The notes below the pieces were generated by a model, which was given only the letters and a program-made list of their open reading frames with translations, was not told where the DNA came from and did no database searches. From the NCBI GenBank assembly GCA_963924565.1, contig OZ004609.1, forward strand, positions 6,386,001 through 6,450,000: a DNA stretch of 64,000 nt. The letters run 5' to 3'. The stretch comes from Ascidiella aspersa. Its lineage: Eukaryota. The position numbers and the translations under genes are program-made. Position 1 is the stretch's first letter, and the number at the start of each line of letters is the position of its first letter. Shown piece by piece: positions 40,321 through 52,080 of the stretch.

Positions 40321-42541
40321 CAAGAAAACTATGAACGAGTTGTATTTCTTTCGAGTACAGTATTGCCAACCTTGCTAAAATGATTTAACACAGACAGTTT
40401 TACAATGTTGTTCCGCTATAGTCGTAGATTTATATTGGATTTAGGGTCAATGTAACAAAATTCGAGAGGACAACCTGTTTGTTTGATGTCAAGCATAAAC
40501 AGACTTCTTTAAAGGAATTTCAGTGATATAAAAATGTCAAAAACCTTGCCTAGACGTGAAGGGCAACACTGTAGATGTATAGGTCTATCGTAATAATGGC
40601 AATATCACAATGTGCTTGTTTGATTTCAGCCACATTTAAATGAATGTTAATAAAGCCTGTATGTCAAGAATGCTGCCGCATTGCTGCGTGCACTAAAAGT
40701 GAAGGTCATATAGTTGTTGCAGCGCGAAAAAATAACTATTGATAGAAAACAGGTGCACGGTAGCCAAACATATTGCTGAACTGAAAAACCACACACGCTG
40801 TTAATGTAATGGCGCCAAGAGTCATAACTAAGGCAAGTCGTACGACCTACATACATTCCGACAAAACGTGAGCCTATGCCTACGCAACGTGGGCTGCTCG
40901 AGTTTGGGCAGTGTTTCTTACTTTAAGAATATTTACATTTTTGGTGCAAATTCCAAAGGGTCTGTCCTATTTTGGGGTAGTGTACATGCACGTAATCTGA
41001 TATAAAATATTAATATATATGTTTAGATTTTAAATTACATATTTTTGAGTAGAAAATTCGTTCTTATTGAGATAATTAATTCGTCACGTACCGCAAACAT
41101 TTTAGGTTAAAGTGAGTTATGTATACCCAAGAAAAGATGTTTAAGCTCGGAAATGGTATGAGGGAAGATATGAATAAGTTCCATGTTATTACTAAACTCT
41201 TAAATATGTATTGCTTTCATGATTCAGGCGCACATTATCAACTCTTTAAAAAAAAGTAAGGATTTCGCCATCCAAGGAAAAAAATCAAACCATGTCTGAA
41301 TTTCCTTGTTATCACACAACAGGAACATGGTTTATTAAGAGGGATAGAAAACGTTTACAAATGCGATAAAACACGTACAGTTTTGTCATACAAAACATTC
41401 ATCTCTGGTGTAAAATTCGACACACGTATTTCAGATATCGTTTATAACTTTTGTGGTGATTGCTTAAATACGCAATTATAATAATCATTTGTAAACACAA
41501 ATTTCGAAACATTATGTTTCAAAGACATGCTATCAGCTAAAAACAAAATCTTTAGACTTGCAGTTTAGATTTTGGTTGGTTGTATAAAGTAGAGAAATCA
41601 AATAAAAACATCAGTTAGAAAAACTAACAAAAAACGTGAAAAGTGATATACAGCGACTTATTTGATAAAGTTTGACAAATTTAATTTTCCGCTTTGCGCA
41701 CATATGGAGGAGTGGTGCTTTAGTAACAGAAAAAATTATTTTACATTGCATTTTTGTTGAACATTGTGTTTAGGCAATTTAGAATTGGTCGAAAAGCAAG
41801 CAACGTGCAAAGTGTAAAAGGTCAGGATATTTTGATAAAAGACACACGAAAGAGTTGCATATAGGTTAGAAAGCCAATTTAGAAAATATTTTGATAAACA
41901 AACTGAAAATAAAGCACATTTTTACAATATCTTTTTTGACAAATCGGCTTCATATTTTGAATTTGATAAGCGATTGTGTTTCATCAGACACGAGTTTTTA
42001 ACAACGTTTAGAAATAAGTTCTGCATTTGCCATTTCTGCTTGACATACCTAAACCAATGATGAAGCATATACCCACTTACTACGCTGTCTAGTAGCTTCT
42101 AAGTCTAATTTATCAGTTAGGAGCTCAACAGCACTCAATCTCCAAAATCACAAAATACCATACGGCAGTAAGACATGACAATTATCATGGGTTGTACAGT
42201 GCACGATACTTTCAATCCTTCTGAATATAGCGTCCATTATATGAAGAGCAATTTATTTGATTGGCAAACATACAATATACCGGGGCTATACTCCTTTTAT
42301 CACCTAAGAAGAAGTTATGATCATGGCTTTAATTGATTCGGATGCACGAACAGTTTTTGGTCAATTTTTTTGGTAACAATGACGCCTACCATAGCGAATT
42401 ACTATTATTATGTAAAAAATCTTTCAAAAGCGTAGATGCTCAACACTCACATAGTATACTCTAAAAGTTTGGAACATTTCTTGAGTACAAAATTTACCCC
42501 AAGGAATCCCAGTTCTAGGCATTCCTTTTTTCGCGCTTTCG

Positions 42542-45500
42542 CTAAACGATGAAGCTTCGCACGCGCTCGGAAATGGCAGACGCGCAGACCGGACAGCGGC
42601 CACAGGAGGGCGCACACCGCGTGCAGCAGTGCAGGTGACCGCAGGGGAGAAAGACAACCGAAATGGGCTCGCGCCTACATCGCTTGCATACTCTCGCCTC
42701 CCTTAGACTCCTAAGTTCTTCAACGCTGCTTAAGCTGCTGCTGCTCTCGCCTGACATCTCGCGGTCGCTGATTTCTTCGATTTCCGTCGCCTGGTTCGAG
42801 AGACTTTGATTGCTTGTTAATGGCACGATGGCGTCCAGAATGTCTTCGAGTGTTGCAAAACCAGCGTCGCTTTCCTCAAACTGTCTAAATAATGTAACAG
42901 CGACGGTGTTAATCTTTGTGGTGTCTCAATGGACCAAACTCTAAGCAAAATAGTTCATGTTGTTGTTGGGCAAATTTAGCACACAATGGTAACGTGTTGT
43001 TAAAGACAATCGATAATAATGCTAATGTAATGGACTTTTGCGTTGCAATGGAAGGCGGTTTGTTGTAATGAAAAAGTATTAATGTTGGTAATTAGGGAAT
43101 AATAACGCTGTGATACTAAGAAAACCTGGGTTATTTTATGTGATAAAAAAGGATTGACGTCGTATATTACGTACAAGTGTTTTTATAAAAGATTTACGTT
43201 TTAAGCATGAACAATATGCCATTCAACAGCACAAAAAGTGCTCATTTTCTGACAGACTTGTCGCGCAAAGACCAGTTTGTCGTCAGTCTACCACAAAAAT
43301 GTTAACCACAAAAATAGGTGAAACATTTCTACCACCAGCATTTACCTTTGGACCGCTCGGCTTATAATGTTCTCCTCGAAACCCATTTCCCGAACGCTTC
43401 TCACGAAATCCGAAGTGCGCATGAAATCTTCAACACGGTTGTATTGTGTTCTGCCCATATGCGTGTCTGTTTGCTCCTCTTGGAAGCCAGAACTTGATCG
43501 AATGGTGGTTTGCGGAGGATGCCTAATTGAAATTAACGTCGTTGTTTTGCAAATATAAAACAAAAATATATGTCGTTGCTACCAGGCATAATACTCTAAA
43601 ATAAGTTCTTCTGTTTTTTGTTTCAACGTTTCGGCTAACTATTTAGAAAAAAAACAACGATTTTTTTTAATTTTATGGGGTCATTTTACTTTGCGTTTTA
43701 TTAGCCGTATGTGTCATTTACCTGATGAAGGCTTTGTTAATAAAATTAGCCGAAACGTTGGACAAACGCATATATATGAGAAGAATTTATATTTAGTAAA
43801 TATAAAACAAGTATCTTGTCGATAAGTCTTTCAATCTATTAACTTGAGAGAGACATAAATTCTAAATATAATTTCGAATTAACTTAATACAAAATGTCAC
43901 AACTGACACAGCATATAGAAATAACTAAAACTATTATTCAAAAAGTATTGTATGGTGTTCTTGAATTTCTATAAATCATCGTATAGGATGACAAAAACCA
44001 AATTTAACGCACTTTAAAAGTTTTGTTAAATTTCACATAATTAAATTATGATTTTTGTTTTCAGTTTGATTGTAATATAGTGTGTTATGTAAAATTTATT
44101 CGTATAGTATGCTTTCTCGGGTCGCATTGGGACACCCTTGGAAAACTCGAAGTTCTAAATTTTTTTAAATCAAATTAGAATTCTAATTAGAGCTGTAGAG
44201 ATTAAAACTTCAATGATTATTCGTTAAATAAAGTTTCTTTAAAAAACTACAAAAAACTTAAATAAAATTGGTATTTTGCAAATTTAAGAAACTAATATGT
44301 ACCTAAAACTAAATATATGTAAACCGTAAACTGGTTTATATGTGAAAAAAAAACTTTAAATTTTCGATATTTTCGAGAGGCTGTCTCGCGCGGATTACCA
44401 AATCACGAAATAGCCCCCAAAAAACTTGCGGGACAGTAGTTTGTCCTATCAAAGTCCAAACCACTCACCAGTGTTGGAATACAGTGGTGGGATGATGGTG
44501 GAAGTACGAGCGTTGCTCACGATTGACGTCGTAGTGATTCGTGGGATGAGTTGGCTCACGTTGGATATAGTTCAGGCCGGAGGTGGTTGTATTGTTGATC
44601 GGGTTGTTGACGCGGTGTCGTACGCTGTCTACGAATTCGTGGCCTTTGCGTTGGAGAACGAACTCACACCTGTTAAAGTTGGAAGTTTAATTTGAAGGAC
44701 TTTAAGATGGCCAGAACATGTTTTAAGCCAGATGTTCCTGCTTTATTGAGCGTCATCAACCCTCGAAATTACCTAATGAATAACTATTTTATTTTATAAA
44801 TTGTAAATTTAAATAAAAACAAATGAATATACAAAAAAATGAATACACATTACAAATTAGCACAACTGTAAACCTTAGATTTAGTTTTTGCCTGTTAACA
44901 GCCAAAGTAGTGAAGTCCGATAGATTTTATTCTGATATCTAATATTTCAGACAAAATTATGGCGATCCGATCTAATACCGAATGACGTCATGAATATGCT
45001 CAAACAAATAAAAAAAATGTAAAGGTTTTTTTTACTATGAGGCAAAATTGACGTTGGCGTAAAACGTTTTACTATATTTGAGTTTAACCTAATATGTTTT
45101 GATAAATTTACCTTTTCAAGGTTGAATCGCTTAATCGGATCGCAAATTATGGGTCAAAATCATATACATGATTTGTATTTATCGGACATCCCTAAGTATA
45201 CCTTCAATAAATAATTGACAACATCACAACAATCATAACAACAAGCCACCCGTTCAAAAAAAAATTCTTCAGGAAATTTTGTCATAATTGGAAACACACA
45301 CGTCATCTGCAAGTTAAATGTTGAAATCCCATGCAAAATTTAAAATATTTTGATTTAGCTTTTTCTATTTTGGTTTTTTTAACCTCGTTTACCTTGGATA
45401 CCACTTTGCGTGTTCCACCCAAGGTTGATCGTTTTCATCCCAATTTTGAAGTCCGCCGTTGCAAAACCAGCACTTCACACGATCTCGAACCCCTGAAGTA

Positions 45501-47405
45501 CAAAAAAAAGGTTGAACATAACCCTTCAAAGGTAATTTAACTTGAACGTGAGCTATACATGTACTGTGTGCTGCGACAGTGTAATTCAAAAGAGATTGTT
45601 AAGTGTGCCGCGTGACCCTTCGTTATTAAAAAAAAAAAAGTTTGTATTTCATATTGGCATGTAGACAAGCATTTGAGACATGAATGCACACTATCCATTA
45701 GAAAACAGGTCGTATTACTACATTTATATGGTGTTCAGTAAGAAAGATAGTCAACTTATTTAAAAAAAATAGCAAATTTTAAACCAAGTCAATTGCCGGA
45801 AATCCAGTGAATTAATTCTTCAACACATACCGAATTCAAGTAAATCATTGTGTCCGGTAAGAAGATAAGCAAGTTTCGAAAACACAGAATATGTATCGGC
45901 GGATCAGCGGATCAGCAGACTATCAATCGCACCCAGTTTACACAGGCGACAGTTGTGAGACGAACACAACTGTCGCCTGTGCAACCTTGGTGCGAGTTAC
46001 AAATCAATAACAACCGGTGAAAATCATTCGATAGCTTTCGTTTGTAGTTTGTAACGATACCAACTGACGTTACTGTTATAGTGAAACAAACAAAAAAGAT
46101 TAAAACCTAACAAAGGTAATTTTTCCAGGCTATTAGGTAAAACTTGTTTTAGCGTTAAAAATTTAGTGGTTAACTTGCTGTTTTTGTTAATTTAGCCGTA
46201 CAAGGTTAGGCCTACCATATGTCATCTTTTAGAAAGATTTGTCCTCTTTTTTCAAAAAAATTGAATGGTCCTCCGAGGACGCTCAAAAATATAACCTTTA
46301 AAGTTATTATCTATGACCTCTTTAACGGCTTAAAAGAGGTAGTTGATTCTATTTTTTTTATAAATGATGGTCACCAGCTTAGGATAACGAAGTTTTTTAG
46401 TTATTAGTCCAAATGATTTGTAATATTTAATAAATTTTGCAGGGTATGTTGGGGAGATATAAAACATATACGCTATAAAAAATAAATTACAATGGAACGA
46501 AACTCGATATGACTGATGAACGCATGTCTGATATAAACCAAAGCTGAACCGAATTGCAATACCACCACTTCCTCAAAGTTTACTGAAAGGACTGATACAT
46601 GCAGACTATTTTAAGTGTCTAGTGTTCTCGGTTACATTGCGCATAGCATAATTTATTCAAATGGTATAGTTAATTGTTTTTTTCCATAGAAATTGAGAAT
46701 TTAGTTTCACTATCTGTATAAACTTGCATAATTCTTTAAAGGTTACCGTAAAAAGGGTGATTAAAAGCTTTTCGTGGTAATTGTTTGAATTTCAAATTGT
46801 CAATTGCTCAACTATGCACGTCACATCCGCTTGAATAAGGCGTCGGAGTACAAACGATGACTTACTTCCTGTTTTCGTCGTGGCGTACAGTAGGAAGCCC
46901 TAAAATAGTTTGCAATAATGCACATTGCACACCTACTGTATCATCATACATGGTCTATATACGCAGTAAGAATATCAAAGACCATACAGAATAGCATTTT
47001 TAACATTTCGATAATCTCTTTATTCATTTATATTGAAGATGTAGCCAACTCATTTGATTTGTCGATAATAATCTGCTGTATACTTACCCACATAAAACAG
47101 GCCAGCCTCCGCCATTTCGTTAGGTGAGGCGCGCACCCTATGGTGGGGCCACTGGCTGTCAAACGTGGTGAAGCTGACAAGCCGACTTTGGTGATTTCGC
47201 ATGTGCGGGTGTTCAGCACGTGATGCAGAAAACATATTTTCAGGTTTCAATCTGCTTTGACTTGCTATCAACAGAAAATACATAGAGTTGAAATTGGGTT
47301 TTCATCGTCAGAGTTGGAACTATACTGTAGTACTGGTGCTTAACCTATTTGGTACTTACTCGGTATAAGGTTTTGTGAAGGTACTTCTGACAATGATATA
47401 GGCAT
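42542..47405 (-). CDS. Inhibitor of apoptosis protein (single BIR + UBA + C-terminal RING), ~347 aa
   Basis: Minus-strand exons: 47405-47360 (putative start, least certain), 47264-47088, 45492-45393, 44669-44469, 43522-43346, 42884-42542; phases consistent. BIR: [56 protein letters not shown]: [32 protein letters not shown]: [29 protein letters not shown]. Confidence 0.92.
43595..43796. repeat. Inverted-repeat element carrying a hammerhead-like CTGATGA...GAAAC motif
   Basis: Arms caacgtttcggctaa / ttagccgaaacgttg, plus outer ctaaaataagttcttct / agaagaatttatatttag; CTGATGA-A-GGCT..AGCC-GAAAC at 43722-43756. Confidence 0.55.
44908..45194. mobile_element. MITE family with TAGGGATGTCCGAT-like ends (related copy at ~25963-26337)
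   Basis: Ends tagtgaagtccgata / tatcggacatcccta. The copy in ZP intron 1 has ends taggagtgtcc / ttggacatccct. Both contain internal CCGAT/ATCGG repeats. Confidence 0.55.
45927..45995. repeat. 69-nt hairpin in IAP intron 2
   Basis: 31-bp arms with 3 mismatches, including a perfect 17-bp core cacaggcgacagttgtg / cacaactgtcgcctgtg; 7-nt loop. Confidence 0.85.
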
Positions 47406-50190
47406 ATGAAGACCTTTGGAAACTCAGCTAAACGATTAAGAGCCACTATAAACTGAAAGGTTGAAATCACAGGCCTTCTAAAAATATCTGAATCCAGGGG
47501 CATTATCTTTACTAACTGTTTCTCAAACTCCAATTCCCGAGCATGGTTTCTGTGTTGGTTCCGAAACTTTTTATGATTCGTTGTCTGTTTATACATACCT
47601 TTTGAACCACATTCAGACCAGTAAAAATGATTTTATAGATTTGGTTTTAGAGTGATAGTAAGCCATACCATTCGGTAGACCACATGCTTTAACATTATTA
47701 AAAATACATATGAAATAACTATAGCGGTATCAGTTATTCGTATGCTTTTTAAAGTACCTCTTTGTTTGTGGACAAACAATGCTAAAGTAAAACATTCATT
47801 TCTAACACTGTGGGCTGCGATAAATCAATACAAACAAACGTTGAAAACTTGCTTTCAACTCTTCTATTTGCCCAGACTAAACCTTCACTGAACTAAATTG
47901 CCTTCACAGGGCTTCACAATTATATTTAGCACGAAGTACCCGGTGCCTTACACCGGGTATTGTCCTTGTGAACGCCGGTTTGTCACCGAAGCGCCAACGC
48001 GGCAAAAAAAGCCACCAACCAATCAGAAGACAGCGGTTGTTTTGGAGCAAACACAGTCAGCACCGCTAGGTGATTCCCCTGGTTTTTCTACTGATGATAT
48101 CAGCTCAAAAGAGCGTAGCGAGGGGTTGCTAAACTATTCCGTTTGATTGTGGTGTGAGGTAAAATTTGTAGTAATTGTGTTACGTCATTAGAGAACTAGT
48201 CATATGTCAGTTTCTCACACGATTTAACTGTAAGAACTCTACACCTTATATTTAACACCTGGGACTTATTATGCAACTAAACGAATAGTTACAAAATTGT
48301 AACGCCAAATCAGTCGTAAAAACCCAAAATACAACATGGTAGTGTAAATTTGATAGAACGTACTTCTAATTAAGTGTTATTTCACTGAAGTTCTAAGTTT
48401 ATTATAACTGTCTGTTTATTCCAAATTTTGATGGAATTTGACATTTTATGCACGTCTTCGTCACGCTGTTTCACAATCTTAATTATTTCATGCAGTGAAT
48501 TGCTTGTCGTCACAAACAGCTGTAGTTATTTTTAAATGTTTCTTAAATTTTTAGGAATGGAATAACACCTTATGATAAATTACGTCACAGATTATGTGCA
48601 CACACCAAAATAGTTAATCATGTTCGTGTGACTTTCATCGTTTTCATCAGCTCCTCTTAAACATTGACTTTACGTTTACCAACGTACATTAAGTTTAGGT
48701 AATTTTGGCGCCTATTTAATCACCAAACATGTCGAGGTGATGGCGTGGTGTTGTAAGTAAGGTGAAATGAGAAACTTACACTCGTTACAGTCATCGAAGT
48801 CTATTTTACTTCTAACTACCAAGTGTTTCCCCAGCTATTACTACCTAAATGGGTCTGAAATGAAACGTTCTGCAAAATCGCATTTCTGCGTATTTCTACT
48901 ATAGTTTATATATACCCTCAACATGGTAGTTAACCAAGCACCGTGTTGCAAACTCACTTTCATGTACCCCAAAGTCTAATTAATCGACCAAAACGGACTA
49001 AATTCGCAGTTATTGCAATAGAAACTCCTTTGGTTGATTTAAAATTAACCGTATTTAAGTTAATCCTCGAAATATTTAAGTATACATGTCGTCGCTAATA
49101 ACAAAAACTGTCGTAAGTTCATATTTTTGGTTTTGAGAAAAACGCGTTTTTAATGTTTTTCGTTTTACTTTTTTATCCCCAAGCCGGCCATATTTAGTTA
49201 CAGTGAAAGAAACAAACGCAAACAAAAGTCCATTACACCTGTCGGCGAATTATAAACGTTACGTTAATGTTTACCTGACGGCGAATTATAAACGTCCACG
49301 TAAGAAATAAAAAAATCGAAATCAACACCGGTGTCATGCCGGGCGGCTTACGGGGTAACTTGTATTGTGTTACCATACGGTGTTTACCGAGGGGAATCAC
49401 CTCGGAATTATTTCGTGACGTCGCGCCATCCGTCTTTTGTTTATTGAAGAAACCGACAATTTTTTGTTTTGCGACTTTAACGATGTGAAATGAGACTGAA
49501 ATAAGGAAAAAAATTATTTGATATTTTTATTTTAGACTGAAATGAGGAAAAAATTGTTATTTTTTTAACTACTAAACAGCAATTGTTTGCTGCGTTGTAT
49601 TGCTGTACTATCATAAAAAGAACTTCCCCTTTTCAACCAACATTAAACCTTTGAAACAACATTACTAAATATTTTCGTTTACTTATTTTGCCCATCAACG
49701 AAAATTCAACACAATCTTTTTTAAACGGTTTATTAGTTCGTTACCGATTTTTAACAGATGCTTGTAGCAACTAGACAGTAAGCGAATATGGTTTTCAATA
49801 AATGTGGCCCTAAAATTGTTGTATGATATTTCTTTTTTAGAATAATCTCTATTTGAACAACTTTGTTTTTAAAATTTAAATAGAGCCAATGGATTGGTCA
49901 CTGTGGATTACGCACATATAAACAGAAGACTTTATATTACCACGCAACGATTAAATTATTTAGTAGAAAATGTAGTAACCCATTATTAACTGGCACATAA
50001 GGTAAAGATATATACAGACCATTCAAGCTTTCGGTCGTTATCGGTATTATCTAATGGATTCGATAAATTGTGCCAAAAATGCACGTGAAATAAAATTTTG
50101 GTGTCCGAACTTTCGTAATTTGTAGAGGAAGTTCCTAAATTCTTGCGCTTTAAGCGTCTTTAAATTAGATTGAATCAAGAACCTTTATCA

Positions 50191-50912
50191 CAGACCTGGG
50201 CAAGATACGTCCCCTCCGGCCCGCCAAGCAAATTAATCCAGCCCGCGGCTTATTTTCCTTAAAATACATAGGCTAAGCGAAAACAAGGGCGAGTTTCTAC
50301 ATGTTTGGTTGTAACGTAAACACTCTTTCCAGGGACGCATCTAGTCATGACCTCGCCAAATTATTATTATAGCGTGTTTTATAGACTAAAATGGAAATTG
50401 TTTTCTTCTATCTTACTCGTATGTGCCACGCGATTTTTTGGCATATTTACAGACAAAAAGCGTCCTCTGCACTGTGGCACTCCCTTCAACGAAGGTTGAA
50501 CAAACTTAGCTCAATATTTATATTTTTTTGCTCTCTGGTCGAAAGTATTCCGTTTTTACAATATAAACGAAATACCGACTGTTTTCTAAACTCTAAAAAT
50601 ATACCGGTTTACATTTTGTCAACCTAATTTAGTTAATGCCATGTTGTGTGTTTCCAAGTTACTTATACCGTCTTCGCAATATGGCCATTGTACCGTAGTA
50701 AACGAGACGTCTTGTGGCCTTCTTTAAATTCGACTTAAATTTCACATTTGCGCACAACTGCTAACATAATAATAAGTTCGTTAGCTTTTTTGTTTTATAG
50801 CGACGGAGCATGACGCCATTTTGCGTATATTTGAGATCATATTTGACCCGGCCCGCCACAACACTTTAAGTTTCTTATGCGGCCCGCGGTTAAAAATAAT
50901 TGCCCATCCCTG
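50191..50912. mobile_element. Non-autonomous hAT-type element between the two IAP genes
   Basis: TIR CAGACCTGGGCAA / TTGCCCATCCCTG; CGGCCCGC subterminal repeats; near-TSD ctttatca / ctctatca. Confidence 0.75.
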
Positions 50913-51745
50913 CTCTATCACATGTTTTTTTCGGTTACATGTAACTTAGCAAACATTGTAAATGAGTCTACATGATAGGGTGGCTAGTGTTTGTGATATT
51001 TAACTTTTTAGTTTTGGAATAGGCAGATACTGCACTTGTTGACAATCAACACTATAAAAGTTAGAAGTACCTAACAGATCCGCCTGGCAAGATATTCGTG
51101 TTTTTTCTGGTGAGACATAGTAAGGTTCATCATATCCACTTGAGGGAAACATCAATCACACCAAGATATATTACACCTGGACATTAAGCCTCATATTAAT
51201 CCATTCAGCCAAACCATGGTTTTATTGTTTACCATTGCTTTATTGCTTATCAGCAGTGAGAATAAACACAAATGTAATATGAAATATGATCTACACATGG
51301 ACACACTTTATATGTAGATCTGTATCACAGCTTAAGTCTAAGCAAAACAGGGAACGACTGAGACCATAAACATTCGTTGCTAAGGCATTATGCGAAAATG
51401 CTTTCAGCTTAACCAGGTAAACGATAAAAATCGCGAGGTAAACTTAGTTGATGATGTCGTATTCATTGGTGATTTATTTTACATTTAGGGGCTTTAAAAA
51501 ATAGATAAAATCAGTTAGAACATGTTGAACTTATCTAGATCTCTTTCCTTAAACAGTGAAATGCAATAAGTATAGTGCTTAGAGCACAAAGCAACAACAT
51601 ATGAAGTCGGCACAGAACACATACCTATATAATTGCTTTAGTACCTTAATCTATTTATAAGTAAAATTGACGAATATGAAGAAATATACCGTAAAAGCAC
51701 TATCGCGTTTGGAACACAAATGCGTAAAAAAGCTTTGCAGGACGA

Positions 51746-52015
51746 CAGGGTTGCCAGTTAAAAAGAGATCCAACTAACACAAAAAGAAAAAAATTTGCCA
51801 AAAAAAGGCATAATAAGAGAAAAATTGCCAAGAAAAATTTACAAAAGAGAAAATTTTGAGAAAATTGCCACAAAAAGAAAAATTCTATGTACCAGCATGA
51901 TCATTTATTGCATTTTTTTATTTATTTCAGGAAAAACATATTGTGATAGATTTGACTTTTTAGGCATTTTTTTAGTTAAGTTGGCTTTTTATATTTTAGC
52001 CATCCGGCAACCCTG
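51746..52015. mobile_element. hAT-type MITE inserted in the 3' UTR region of the IAP-like paralog
   Basis: TIR CAGGGTTGCC / GGCAACCCTG with a perfect 8-bp TSD caggacga (51738-51745 and 52016-52023). Confidence 0.85.
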
Positions 52016-52080
52016 CAGGACGACCATAAAAACCATACAAAGGATACCGCATGTTTGATTGACTTGCACCTGTGGTTCTG

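Noticed and set aside
44426-44695. Plus-strand 89-aa ORF, and similar ORFs at 23556, 24739, 25673, 52072, 58186 and 58689
   Set aside because: These are antisense shadows of real exons on the opposite strand.
47345-47596. 83-aa ORF as the IAP first exon
   Set aside because: Its frame is phase-incompatible with both acceptors of the BIR exon; the ATG at 47405 in another frame fits.
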